From NCBI GenBank assembly GCA_965178125.1, contig OZ237735.1:1612001-1676000 (forward strand): DNA of 64,000 bases, written 5' to 3'. The notes under the pieces were generated by a model. That model ran no database searches and was not told the DNA's origin. It worked only from the letters and a program-made list of their open reading frames with translations. Positions within the stretch are counted from its first letter, which is position 1, and every line of letters begins with the position of its first letter. This DNA is from Bilabrum cf. latius (lineage: Eukaryota). Below, in pieces: positions 36,466-49,530 of the stretch. The position numbers and the translations under genes are program-made.

Positions 36466-39400
36466 TCAAGAACTCACGCTCCACTTGCGCCTGGACAACA
36501 GCTCGAACCATGGCACTACCGTGAAGCCCCCATCGTTGTACCACATGCTCAGGGACTGCATCGTGAGCACGCGCTCCGTGCCCCCACCAAGGTCAGCATC
36601 CTGACCGGAATGGTCCAACGCGTCCGTTGCGATCGCCTCCGCGGCCGCGTCAATGTCAGCCCGCACGTCCGTGGTCTTTCGCGTGCTAGAATCGTCGTGG
36701 AACGACAGAAGCGAGGCCAGGAGGGACCTGAAGACGCCCTCAAGGCCCTGCTGGGTGACTGCTGTCTCCTGCTCGGTCTGACCGGAGCCGTCCCCATCGT
36801 TCTCCATGGGCACAGCGAAGAGGTCGAACGCGAGCGACAGCTTCTCGGACTTGCTGGCAGCGGCAGGCAGCATGAGCGCCGTTGCTGCCTCAGCCACAGA
36901 GCAAGTGCCTTCCTGCGCATCCTCCAGCAGCATGTGCAGCTGGTTTAGGTACATCGACACCAGGTCTTGCTCTTCCTGCAGGACAGCCGCCCCGTCCTTG
37001 CCAGCCTGAAGGTGCTTGATGGCTCGCTGCAGCTGGCTCGGGCCCAACTGCCCCTCAGAGGCCGCAGCAAGTCCGACGGCATCCAGCACCTCAGTCGGAC
37101 TGGCAGTGGCAATCCCAGTCAGCTTGGCGATTTGCTCCAAGTACTGCCTGTCGCGCTCTCGGATGCTGATCACCGGCGCGTCCGACTCGGCATCCGCGTC
37201 GCCGGAGCGTTCCCGCCTGACATGAGTCTAAAAAGAGAACAGCAGCGCGCTGGGACCGTTGCTAGGCAAGTCTCCAATGTCATCGTCTTCATCCTCGTCA
37301 TCGTCGACGCCGTCCTCCACGCCGTCGTCGGGCGCGCTGTCCGCCCCTGCCCCGCTTGCAGCCGCCCGCTCATACTCTTCCTGCTCGGCCTCGGTCTCAG
37401 CAGCCTTGAGCAGGGCCTCCTCTGCACCCTCACCTGCCTGGTCGAGCACGCCATCATCACCGCCATCTTCCTCATCGTCCTCTTCGCCAAGGCCCTCTTC
37501 CTCCTCATCGACAAATCCGCTGTCATCAGGAGCACTGCCGGCGCCGCCGCCCGCCGCGGCCTCATCCATGCCTCTCACGTCCTCTTCCTCCTCCTCATAC
37601 CCATAGTCGTCTTCGTAGTCGCCCTCTTCGTCTTCATCTTCATCGCCAGCATCGCCGACTTGCTCGGACAAAACATCGGGCCACTTTTCGGGGTCTAGGA
37701 GCTCGACCCACGACATGCGCACGTGCCCGCCGCTGTTGTACCAGTCACCCAGACGCAAGAAGGTCAGCCCCTTAGGCCCGTCCTCTCCAGCACTCTCCGC
37801 ATCCTCGTCCTTCTCCTGCGAGAAATCACCGATGGCGGTCATGAGGCTCATTGCGGTGCTCTCGGCGAGCGACCGCACCTCGGTGCAGCTCGTGGCCCGC
37901 GCCTGCCGGGTGCTCACCAATAGGCCGACCAGCACGGCGGTCAGCACGTTCCAGAGGTCCAGCCGGTCAACCACGAAGCGCGAGGCGCGCTTGTGCGCGC
38001 GCACCATGGGATCCAAAGCGTCTTCCTCCTCATCGGAGAAACGATCCGCACCCAGCTCCTCGCCCGTGTACCCAGCCACGGATGTGAAACCGAAGCCCAG
38101 CTTCACGCTCTTGGAGCCCCCCACAAAAAGAGAGGCCGCTACAGACACGGAAGCGAGGGGCGCGGCGCCCACACCATCAGAGTCAAGCACCTTGATGATG
38201 CCTGAGACCAGTGCGGCGAGCTCTCTGCCAGGCCGGATCCGCGCCTCTGATACAGTGCGCCTGCCAGCATTCCGAGCCACGTCTGGGTCGCTGCGGCCTG
38301 CCTCCAGCAGCTCCTTGTCCTCTTCTTCCAGCTCTGCGAACGAGGGATCATGCGCCCGCATGGCATCGCGCACGCCGGCAGCATCGTTCGTGCCCATGCG
38401 CAGCATAGCGAGGGCCACAAGCACAGTGCTGGCCTGCACGCCTGGTTGGGCGCCCGGCAGCTCGATGGGCCCCACCTCGGCGGCGGCATCCACCAGAGCC
38501 TTCTAGAACTCGAGCGGGTGCTTGCTGGTGCATCCACCTTGGATCCTGGCGTGCTGCATGCGGGCGGCATCCTGCCGCGTGATGGCCAGCTTCTCGCCGG
38601 TAGACGCCGGCTGCTGGGGAGCGTCCGCGTCATCGCCAACAGATAGAGCAAAGTTGAAGAGAGTGCTTGTCGCTGGCACGTCGTTGCGCCACGCCTGCTC
38701 CTGCGCCCGCTCCGTGGCCGCTCGCTCATCGGCCGCAGTACCGTAGCCAATATCAGCGGCACCTGGCCACTTGCGCATGTCCTGCAGATCGATCCACATG
38801 ACGCGCTCCCGACCGCCGGCCGTATTGAACCACTGGCCGAAGTCGTCAAAGGACACGTCCAACGTCTCCCCGCTGCCGGCTTCCCTGACAATATCCACGG
38901 CCAGGCTCGCCACCTCGTCCCGCACGGACTGATGGGTCAGGTTGTTCTCGCCCGCTTCGCCGCGGTCCGCTCGAAGGCCGCGCAGACCCGCGGCGAGACT
39001 GAGAAGCAGCGTCCACAGCCCGGCGCTATCCAGACGACCTCTACTGTCCGCCCCGATGCGCCGGAACGCCACGGCAAGCTTATCGCTCTTGGACCCCGCG
39101 CACAGGGGCAGCAGGGCACAGGCTGTCTGAGTGGGACTCAGCGCGTTGACATGCAGCACGCGCCTCAGATGGTCCAGCATCTGCCGCATCACAGCGCGCG
39201 CGTCCTCCACGCCGCCGTCATCGCCGAGCTCCTCGTCTTCCTCCTGCTCGTCGTGGAAAGACGTGAGCTCGCGCACGATCTGGTCCAGGCCCGACTGCTG
39301 CAGGATGCCGAACGACTCGGCGCTCTGGACCACGTCAAACACCTCTGCCGGGGTCCGCTGGCTCATGCCGGAATCGCGGGAGGCGCGCAGCGCACGCTCA

Positions 39401-42400
39401 GCATCGCTGCGCCGAAACGACAGCACCGAGCGGATGCCCTCCTCTTCCGCCGCTGACCGCCGCTCCCCGGCCACGCCGGGCAAGAACGGGATAGTCACGA
39501 CCAAGGGATCCACGCTGTCTAGCCGAGCCTCATACTCATTGTCAGCGTCTGCGTCGCGCTCGTCGGCGGCCACTTCGTCTTCTGGCTGGCCCTCTGCCAC
39601 TGCCTGCCGCTCCTCTGCATCGACACCCTCTAGCAGCTCCTCCAGCTCGTCGTGCATCTCACGCAGGTCACTCGCCAGTCCAGGCCACTTGGTCAGGTCC
39701 AGCACCTCGAGCCACGGCATCTCCTACCTACCTCCCTGGTTGAACCAGTCCCCGAACTATGCGAACGTCACACCATCCAGCCCCTCCTCGGCATCTCCGG
39801 TGCCCGCATCGTCGCAGCACCGCTGGGCGAGATCGCGAGCTGCGCTAGCGACCGACGCCCTCACGAGGTCCCTAGCAACCTCGGCGGCTGCCTCTTGCGG
39901 ACCTTGGCTGGTGCTGGGCCGAGGCACGTCGCCCGACAGAGCCACGAGGGCACCCAGCTGCGACCGGAGGAAATCGGACAGGAGGTCGACGCCCATGCGC
40001 CCGCTCTCGTCCTCGAACAGCTTCCAAGCCGCCCCCAGCTTCTCGCTCTTGCTTCCCCAGCTGAGCACGCCCAGGCTGGCTGCGAGCTCCTTCCACGGCG
40101 CGGTCTCGCCCTCCTCCGTGACGTCGGCCACAGAGGCCCAGATGCGCATGAGCGTCTCCTCGGCAGCAAACTTGTCGGCCTCTTCAGACATCGCCCCGCG
40201 CAGCAGGAGCTCGCTCACGACGCCGGCCAGGCCGGTGCGGTCAACTCTCTCGCTATCGGCGGGCGTCTGCCCCGCGACTAGCTCGTGTACTTCGTCGGGT
40301 TGCGTGACCGGCAGCCTAGACACGCTCTGCAGCGTCATCACGCGGGCAGCGTCCTCCTGCTTCACAGAGAATTCGCTAGACGGCTGAGCGACCGCGTTCG
40401 AGCGACGCAGCTGGATGTTGAACAGCACGGCATCGTCCCCGGCTGCTTCGGCAGCAGCCTGGGCCTCCTCCTGCACGCGCTCCTAATCGTCCCCGTCCTC
40501 GTCATCGTCCTGCCCAGGCTGCCCTTGGCGGGCCTGTGGCTCCGGGAGGGCCCACTTCCTCACGTTCAACAGCTCGATCCAAGGAGCAACCTCGTGCCCG
40601 CCCATGTCGTACCATTCGCAGAATTCGTCCCACGACACGTGACCGTCTCTGTTGGTGTCTGCCTCGTCCACCATCACGCGAGCCACGCGCTCAGCGGCAT
40701 CCGCGATGCGGGCCCGAAGCGCCACCACCTCCTGCCTCGAGGTCCTGTGCCCAGCATCGTGCTGCGAGAATACGGCGATGGCAAGCAAGAACGAGCGAAG
40801 GTACGCCTGCATCTCCTCCTCGCTAATGTAGCCGTCCCCATTCGCATCGAAGAGGCGGAAGGCAAGGCGTAGCTTCTCTTGCTTGGACCCGGCCGCAAGG
40901 AGGGTGAAGCCAGCCGCGAACTCGGCAAAGTCCACCGTACCGTCGTGGTCGGCATCGAAGGTGTCGAACAGGCGCATGAGCGCGAACTCGGTCGCAGCGC
41001 GGTCGTTGCCCTCCATGCTATCAACGGGCACGAGCATGCGCAGGCACTAAGAGAAGCCGGCCCGGTCCAGCGCGCCGTCCTTGGCGGCCAGCGCAAAGGC
41101 ACGGAGCACCTGCTCCGCCTCCTGCTCGGCAAGCGACGTCGCGTCGGCGATGCTGAGGAACTGCCGAACGCTGCCCGCCGAGATGGCCAGCCGTTCGCCG
41201 CCCTCGGTCAGCTCGAACCCGAAGGCGATCTCCTCGTCCTGGTCGTGCGCGTTTTCGGACCGCTCCGGCTCCGGCCTGTTCTCGGGCTCTCCACCGGCAC
41301 CGCTGCTGGGCTCACTGTCCTCCTACTCCTCGTCCTCAAAGTCCTGATCGTCCCCGGCGTCGCCGTACAGCCCCTCGTCGTCCTCCCCATCCTCGTCGCC
41401 GCCCCTTGGCTCCAGCGCTGCAGCCAGCCTGGCTCCCGCATCCGAGTCGGTGACCCACTTCCTGAGGTCCAAGAGCTCCAGCCACGACAGCCTCTTCTAG
41501 CCGTGGGCGTTGTAGAACTCCGCGAAGGAGTTGAACGTGATACTCTCCATGGTGGTGACGTTGCCCACCGTCTGCGGGGGAATCACCTCGGAGTTCGCGA
41601 AGGTCTCGTCCACCATGGCGCTCGAGGCCTCTGCCACGGCGATGCGTACGTCTGCGTCCGGCTCGCACGAAGAAACGCGGTCAAGAGCCAGCAGGCCGGT
41701 CAGCAGCGATCGAAGCAGGTTGAAGAGCTCGGGGCGAGTTAGCGCCAATGAGCCCGTGTCATTGGTCTCGGCATCGCCGTCCTCGTCTTTACCCGCGGCC
41801 TCCTCTTCTTCCTCCTCGTCCATCAGCATGGGGTGCTGCCCGGCAAAGATCCTCCAAGCGATCGCGAGCTTCTCGCTCTTGGCCCCGCCGCCGAGTACGG
41901 CGAGGCCAGCGGCCAGCCCGAGGACCGGCGCATGCCCCATCTTGGTATCATCGTCCTCCTCCTGCTCGTTGAGGATGCGCATTAGCTCCGCCCTCTCCTC
42001 CGGCGTGCTGGCCACGTCGCCTGCCTGGTTCGAGATCTGGGTGTCGACCACGAATCGATCCTGTAAGTGGAACATCCAGAAGAAGTGGGACACCTTGAAG
42101 CTAACGAAGGAAGCCGCCTTGTCGCTCCAGTCGATGGCTGATGGCAGGGCACGACGCATGGCACTGTTGTACGATGCCTTAGTCACCGATCCCCCAGACG
42201 TGCTTCGGAGCGCATTCGCGACCACGGATCTCACGGCATCCCTGCAGGATGGATCACCGCTCGGGTGCGCAGCCGCCACGGGCGAGCAGGAGAGGGCGAG
42301 CGTCGACAGCTCCGCAGCTGGCATCCTACCCAGGCCGGTGAGGTCCTGCAGGCACGCGAGCGAGGCGAGGTCGCCCTCCCGCACGGTGAAGTGGGTGGGG

Positions 42401-45400
42401 CCGAACACCATGCCGCTCGTGGGCCCCCGCCCGCGGGTACGTCGAGGCAGAGCCATGGAGAACACAGTGGGGCCGGGCCGGAACGGGTCGAACTCGCGCA
42501 CCCGTTCGGGAAGCACGGGCTCGTCTTCGTCTTCTTCTTCTTCTTGGACATCGTCTTCATCCTCATTTTGGGCTTCGTCATCGTAGCCTGCTCCGGCACC
42601 TGAAGCAGCGGCCTGATCCTCCTCGTCCTGGCCACCGTCCTCCACCGAGTATCCGGCAGAAGGCCACTTGCCCAGGTCAAGCATCTCGAGGTAGGGCGCC
42701 TCGGTGCGACCGCCCTGGTTGTACCACTCCGAGAACTCGTCGTAGTCGACGCCGATGCCATCGTCGCCGAGCACCTCGTCGTCGTCGTTGCCGTAGGCGT
42801 CGGCCTCGCTGCCTGCGTGGCCGGTGGCGCGAAGCACCGACTCTGCCACCGACAGGGCCGCGAGGTCGATCTTGGTCTGCAGAGCCCTTGTCTGCTCTAC
42901 GTTGAGGCGACGGGAGCGGTTCGGCAGCAACTGCGCCGGGCCCTGCGCGCCCTCCCTCTGCACGCGGTCTTCAGGCTCGTCCTCCTCGCCGTCGTGAGCA
43001 GAGCACACCAGCACTCCGACCATGGCCGACAGCACCGAGCGCATGAGGCGCCAAAGGCCCAGCTTGCCCAGCCTGCCGAGGTCCTCCATGCCGTCGGCGC
43101 CCGCACCGCGTGCCCCCGCAGCGCGCACATCGGGAGACGGCGCGCCGGCCTCTCGCTCGGCGAAGCGCCTCCAACACGCCGCGATCTTCTCGCTCTTGCC
43201 GCCCGCCGCGAGCATGGTGAGCTGCACGACGAACTCGTCCGAGGACACAATCTCTTGTCCGTCCCTGTCCGCGAACTGGAACAGCTGCGCCATGCACCGC
43301 TGGAACCAGTGCCCGCGCCGGTGCGACCCGACGCTATGCCCCGCGGCGTCCTCCGCGCCTCGCCTGATGCGCCTCACGATCTCCTCGTACCTGCTGCGCC
43401 TCAGGTGTCTCTCGCCGCCCACCAGCTCGTGCACCGCCTCCACAGCGAGCGAGTCTAGACTGCCAGCCTTGCGGAGCATGTCCAGCCTCGCGCAGTCTGC
43501 AAGGGTCACCACGACCCCGCGGGAGCTCACGCCACCGCCAGCCACACCGCATCCCGGAGCTGCGGCAGCAGCTGCCGATACCACATCGTCAACGGCGTAC
43601 GAAACGCGCCCGGCGCGTCCCGTGGCCTCGGCGCGCGCTTCGGCAGCCGTGCGCAGTGCCTCAATCAGCGCTGGACGCATCTCGTCCGGGCGCGGCATCA
43701 GGGCAAATCCGAAGGCCGGCTGGGCCCAGAGGGGGGCCCCGTGGCTGACTCCCTGCGCCTCGTCGACGTCCTCGTCCTCAGCGGCATCGTCTGCGTCCCG
43801 CATCTGGGCCGCGCCGACGCCGTCCATGCTCTCGTCGGCGTTGCCTTCCTCGCCCTCCTCGCTCAGCTCTCGGTGGAGCAGCTCGATCGCGGCCCGGCGC
43901 GCGTTCACAGTGGCGGGGTCATCGGAGTCGTCGTCACCGTCCAGCCCCGCCTCGAATTGCGTGGCGGGGGGCCACTTCCTCAGGTCCAGCAGCTCCATCC
44001 ACTCGAGCAGGGCAGCTGGCGCGCTCCTGTTGTAGAACTTGCCGAACGACTCGAAGCTGAGGCGCGCGCCGTCATCAAAGTGGGCCTTGCTGAAGCCCCT
44101 CTCCTCGCTCCCGCTCCCGATCATCGACGCAGTCTGGTTGGCAGACCTCCGGATGATGGCCCCGCGCCGGGCCACGTCCATGGTGTCGGACCGCAGCTGC
44201 ACCGAGGTCACGCCCGCGAGCACGGCACACAGGAAATCCCTTAGCCTCGTGATGGACAGGGTCACCCCGTTGGCGCAGGAGCCTGCCGGGAACGTCCCCG
44301 GGGGATCCACGTCCCCGCCGGCCTCTGCCCTCAGGATGGAGGCCTCGAAGAAGAGCCTCCAGCAGGTGCTCAGCTTGGAGCTCTTGTCTCCGCTGCACAG
44401 CAGCATGATCGAGGCAGCCAGCGCCTCGGCATCCACGGTCTGCCGTGTCGCAAGCTGCTGCCCCTGGGCAGCGCCCTCGGCGCAGGCAGCCTGCACGCAG
44501 TCGAACGCGTCCCTCGCGAAGCCATTGATGAGGTGCTGCTCGTTCACTGTCACCGCCTCGGGATCGTAAGGGGCCAGCTCCACGAGCGCGGCGTGGAACT
44601 CGGCGAATGTGAGCTTGCCGGCCCCGGGCCCGTCCCAGTTGGCCGCCCGCATGATCTCGTTGGCAACCTCGGGGGCGGCCGTGGGCAGCCGCGTTACGGC
44701 CGCCAGCCGCTGCACGTAGTCGCAGTCGCCTCTTGTGAGCTCCAGCTGGTTGCCGGACAGGGTCAGCTGCAGGGTGAAGACGATCGCGTCTGGGGAGTCG
44801 TCCAGCGACGCCTCGGCCACGGGCACGTCACCGTCCAGCCCGTCGGTCTCGATCGACTCTTCGTCGCCCTCATCCGCCTCCATCCCTTCCTCCTCCTCCT
44901 CGTCTTGGACACGATCCGGGTCGTAGCCGCTCTGGTCGTCCTGGTCGATCGAGTCCAGCACGTTGCCGAGGGTGCCACCGTCGCCTCCCTCTGCCTCGAA
45001 GGGCCACTTGCGGTGATTCAAGAGCTCCACCCACGTGTGCCTGGCCATGCCCTCGCGGTTGTACCACTCCGCGAATTCGTCGAACGTGATCGAGTCCCGC
45101 TGCGACCGAACCCCCGTTGTTCCCTGAAACAGCTCCACGGTAGCGCGCAGCGCGCCAGCGTCCACAAGATCGGCGAGGTCCTCAGTCTCCGCGTTAGAGT
45201 GCACGGAGCAAAGCGAAGCCACGGCTGTAAGCACCGAGCGAAGCAGCCGGAGCACCCGGGCCATCTTGAGAGAGACGCCCCTCCGCTCCTCCCTCGCCGC
45301 GGCGGCCTCGTCTGCGTCCGCGAATGCCTCCCACAGCATGGCCAGCTTGTCCGTCTTGGAGCCCTTCGAGAGCAGGGCCAGAGCGGCGAGCAGCTCCGGG

Positions 45401-47094
45401 GCGTTGACCACGTCGGTCTCGAACGAATCGAACGCGTAGAACACCGTCATGAGCCTCAGCCTCATCGTGTCGCGGATGGCCTCGTCCACCTGCTCGAAAT
45501 CGATCACGTCGTTCAGCAGCGCCAGGAAGGTGCCCCGGTCCACAGTGCCATCGGAACCGGCGCGCATCACGGCGGCATCGGCAATCACATCGCTAGGCAC
45601 GTCGTGCAAACCAGTGGACAGGAGGAGCTCTAGAAGACGGCGCACGTCACCGGACTGCACACGCAACGTGTAGTCGCCGTTGGCGCCGTCTCCAAGGGGA
45701 AACGTCAGCCAGTCCTCATCGTCCGCCCCGTCCCAGATAGACGCAAAGGTCCTCTGGCCGCCGGCACCGCCATCCGAAGGGGGCAGCACAGGGGGTGCGA
45801 CCCCGCTGGGTGGAGCCACGCCGTTGCCCACCTCGGCAGACGGCGGCCCCGGGGGCGGGCGCGGCTGCAGCCCGGGCGGGGCTGCTGAAGAGGCCGCCGA
45901 GCTGGCGATACCACTCCGAGGCACGTCATCGTCCTCGTCGAAGTCTTCTTCTTCCTCGTCCTCGTCGTCTCCTCCCGCGAGAGCGCCGTCGTCCCCATCC
46001 CCTAGCTCGGCCTCGTGCTCCTCCGCGGTGCGGACATCGCCGAGCCCCGGCCACTTGCGGATGCTGAGGAGCTCCAGAAACGAGTGCGTGTCAAAGCCGC
46101 TGTAGTTGTACCATGCGGCGAACTGGTCGAAGCTCACGGCCTTCTTGCGGGCCCCAGCAGCGCCGGCACCATCGCCGCTCCCTGCCGATTCGGTGATTGC
46201 AACCGCCATGGCGACAGCGCAATCATCGGCGGCATCGAGCAGCCTTCTGATAGAGCGCCGAGCCACCAGACACTGAGGCGTCGTCCTGGCTGCTTCAAGC
46301 ACGGTGTCGACAACGCGGATGCGGCAGGAGAAGAAGGCCAGTATCACCGCCCTGCCCAGCCTCCAGAGCTCCCTCCGGCTGAGCCGGCCGTCCCTGTCTC
46401 CGTCCATGATCTCAAACATGCCCTCCAGCTTCTCGCTCTTGCGGCCCCCGCACAGCACCGCAAAGGCGCACGCCAGCTCGTCCACATCGGCGCTCATGCC
46501 AGCCATGCCTTTCCGGGCCGGGTCAGTCAGCCCCTTGCAGAATAGCAGGTGCAGCGCCTGCAGGTGCTGACTGATCTGCAACGAATCAACGCCAGCTCGA
46601 GACACCCGAGTCCGGGGCACGAGCTCTCGCAAGGCCGTCCGAAACCCCTCTAGGGTGATGCGCCCCCCGTGCCCCGTGGCACCAGTCACGCCTGACGCGG
46701 CCTCTCCAACAGAGTGCTCGGCGCATCCCTCCAGCGTCGTAAAAATGCGCTAAAACGCCATCATTGCAAGTCCGGTAGCTTCGACGGTAGTTTTGAGCGC
46801 TTGGATGTCTCTCGTCTCGAGCCTGAGCTCGACGAGATCCTCTTCAGCATCGCGGCCGCGGGGTAACCCGTAGCGAATCGCGCCACTCCCTTGCATGACA
46901 GCAGTGAATTCGAAAACTATTGAGCTACTATAACTTGCTGTTCGTCGGCCTGCGCACACAATCGGTGATTCGAATGGGAAAGGTGTTGCTGGCGGAGTCT
47001 TCTGCGCGCTAGCCGCCAGCACATCGCCGCAATAGAGACCAGCAAAGGCACACCACAAGCATTCGCGCAAAACCTGCAACTAGTCACGTTGCAT
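36466..47094 (-). CDS. Giant protein (~3540 aa) with ten tandem EF-hand/NCS-like modules
   Basis: One frame broken only by ~10 TAG; ends TGA at 36466. Ten copies of a module with G.KSEKL...W/F..F and F..F..WYN.GG....W.ELL...KWP. Canonical EF loops in module 1 (DGDRDGRLS) and module 6 (DADHDGTVD, DANGDGYIS, DTNRDGHVS). Start ATG 47094 is tentative. Confidence 0.8.
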
Positions 47095-47598
47095 GGCAGT
47101 TTGAATGCAAGAATGGCAAGGACCACGCGAAGCAGCGACTCTACAGGATTCGAACTCCCCAACGCTACCCTGTTCTGCACACAACACGTTGTGAGCCGCA
47201 CAACCGCGATTAACTATGTCAACAATACCACCTAGGATTAAAACGCTTCATAGAGTAAGCAGATCGTTCCACAAAAGCCGTGCGGGGCATGGGGCACCCC
47301 TCGACCCCGGCGATCCGAGCACCTCCACGATTTGAACGACTAGAGGGATGCAGACAATCAGTAGCACATGCATGGTATCGCATGTACATCAGAACCCACT
47401 CAAAGTCTCACGAATCCAAAAGCCCGCCTGTACAAGGCGTATACGGGAATAATGTGCGAATTCGACAAACGTTTTCAATTCGATGCAACCGCACGTTACA
47501 AAAAGCTAATCAGATTTCAAACAAGGATCCTTTGGATGCCTGTCCGACATTCTTGTGGGAACAGCATGACTTGCTAGTGCAAAACCGTCAACTATTAA

Positions 47599-49332
47599 AT
47601 GGAGGGGGAGGTTGACGGAGAGCGTCAGTCGTCCGATTGGACATAGGTGTACCGTAGCTGGGAAAGCTGGCAGGACCCGGATGAAGTCGCTCGTCAGAAG
47701 CGGGAAGCATCAGAGAAGGCTCGAAAACGAGCAGATCGAGCTGCATTCATGTATAGCAGAGACAGATCCGTGGAGCGTCGAGTGTTTGAACGTCCAACGC
47801 ACGAGAAGGTGGCAGGTATCTAGCGGTTTCGAGCTAGGGGCAACTTGCTCTTTCGAGAAGGGCAATTTGCGCGAGCTGCCATTCAGTATCAGGCAGCATT
47901 GACTTGGTACGAGTATACGTTTCCATCGGAGCTGGGGTACCGCGATGTGACGTCGAGTGGTGGCACGCCGCTCAAGGAAGCCTCCGAACCCCAGTATCGT
48001 TCCGTCCCCATGGTGCTTCGCTCTGGGCTGGAAAATCCTACTGTTATTACCCAGAGGGATGTAGATCGTCTCCGGCTATTGACTTTAGCGAACTTGGCCG
48101 TGTGCTAGCTGCGGACGGGCCGGTACTCAGACTGCGCCGAGAGCTGCACCATAGCGATATTCGAGGCCCAGCGAGACCTCCTCGGTCGCAATCCTACCAG
48201 AGAAGCCGCAATCTAGAGCAAAGAAGCTAGTCACAGGCTCCACATGGCAATACAACGCGTTGATGCTGCATTCCTCAGCGTGATGGGGGGCCGGGGTGCA
48301 GGGGACGAGGTATCGAGCCAGAGGGGAGGCGGTGCTCCGAGTGCAAGTGCCAGTGCCAGTGCCAGTACCAGTGGTAGTGGGAGCGGCACTGGGGGCTCTC
48401 GAGGCGTGGATGCAGTCGCTGCTGTATCGCCCAGCGTGCTCGCACTGGCAGATAGGCTTCGAGAGGCATCCCCGGGCGGTGCACCCGATGCCCCAGGAGT
48501 GGCCACCGTGCCCATTCTATCGGCCGCTAACGCAGACCGTGCCGCGGCACTGGACGCACTCGTCATCCTCCTCAAAGCGCTCCTCCGCCGCGCGCAAGCC
48601 CGGCGCAGGGCTAGGGTCCTAGATCTCGCAGCCAGAGACGTGGCCGTGGGGCTGCTCCTCTGCGGAGGGACAGCCGAGGTGTCCGAGGGCGCCGCGCATT
48701 CCGGTGCGGAACATGCCTAGGTGGTGCTGCCGGAGCTGCGCCCTGCCTTTGTGGCGTTTAGCCGGGAGAGGGCCTGGGTCCGCCGGGCTGCGAGGGCGTA
48801 CAGGGAGAAGAGGAGGAGGGTGGGGAGGCGCATGGGTGCGGGTGCCATGTCAGGGGCACTGAGCGTGGCTGCGGATCCGGAGGTTGGCGAGGCCGGCAAC
48901 AGTGTGACGAGTGACGCCAGGAGCGTGCTCTCTGGGGATTCGGCTCTCAGCTTCCACCCGGGCACCAGGTCGGGGGCGGGTGCGGGCGAGGACGCGGACG
49001 ACCGTCGCACGGCGGCGAGCGTCCGCGCGGACACGGCGCTTGAGCGTGATTTGGAGGACGAGGAGCGGAGCGTGTTCGGTGGATTGCGGTCCGTGAGGGG
49101 AGACGGGCTCAGCGAAGGGCAGGGAGGGAGCATTGCGCTGGACGAGGATGAGGCCGTCAGCCTGGTAGGCAGCGAAGACAGGGACTCGGAATCGGAACCA
49201 GGGCAGGGCTCTGAGCTTTCATTCCGTTTGGCCTCGCTTGGGGCCTCCAGGACGGACAGGGCGCATCTGACGACGCAGCAGCTGATCGAGGCAGCGGCTG
49301 GTGGGGCGAAAATCGGGAGTAAGGAAAAATAA
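47599..49332 (+). CDS. TPR-containing protein, ~577 aa (TAG=Gln)
   Basis: RARGNLLFREGQFARAAIQYQAALTWYEY, LANLAVC*LRTGRYSDCAESC and LKALLRRAQARR are three TPR-like units with insertions. Five in-frame TAG; ends TAA at 49330. Confidence 0.75.
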
Positions 49333-49530
49333 ATGAGATTTAATGAATGAACGCGCGAGTCTTGCAGGCAACAGGTAGGGAGGGTAACACATGTGTTGTG
49401 TTTTCGAATGGTCCCTTTGGACTCGGAGCCAAATTCCCAGGAATGCGATTTCTCGGCACCTTGTTTGCCATCAATTAATACGTACTACGAGGCCCATTTG
49501 ACGAGCCCGATACTGTTTGTCGAGTAAATC

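Noticed and set aside
47135-47180. GTTCGAATCC (tRNA T-loop/B-box-like) on the minus strand, a candidate suppressor tRNA
   Set aside because: The flanks do not form a T-stem, and no cloverleaf or anticodon arm is apparent.
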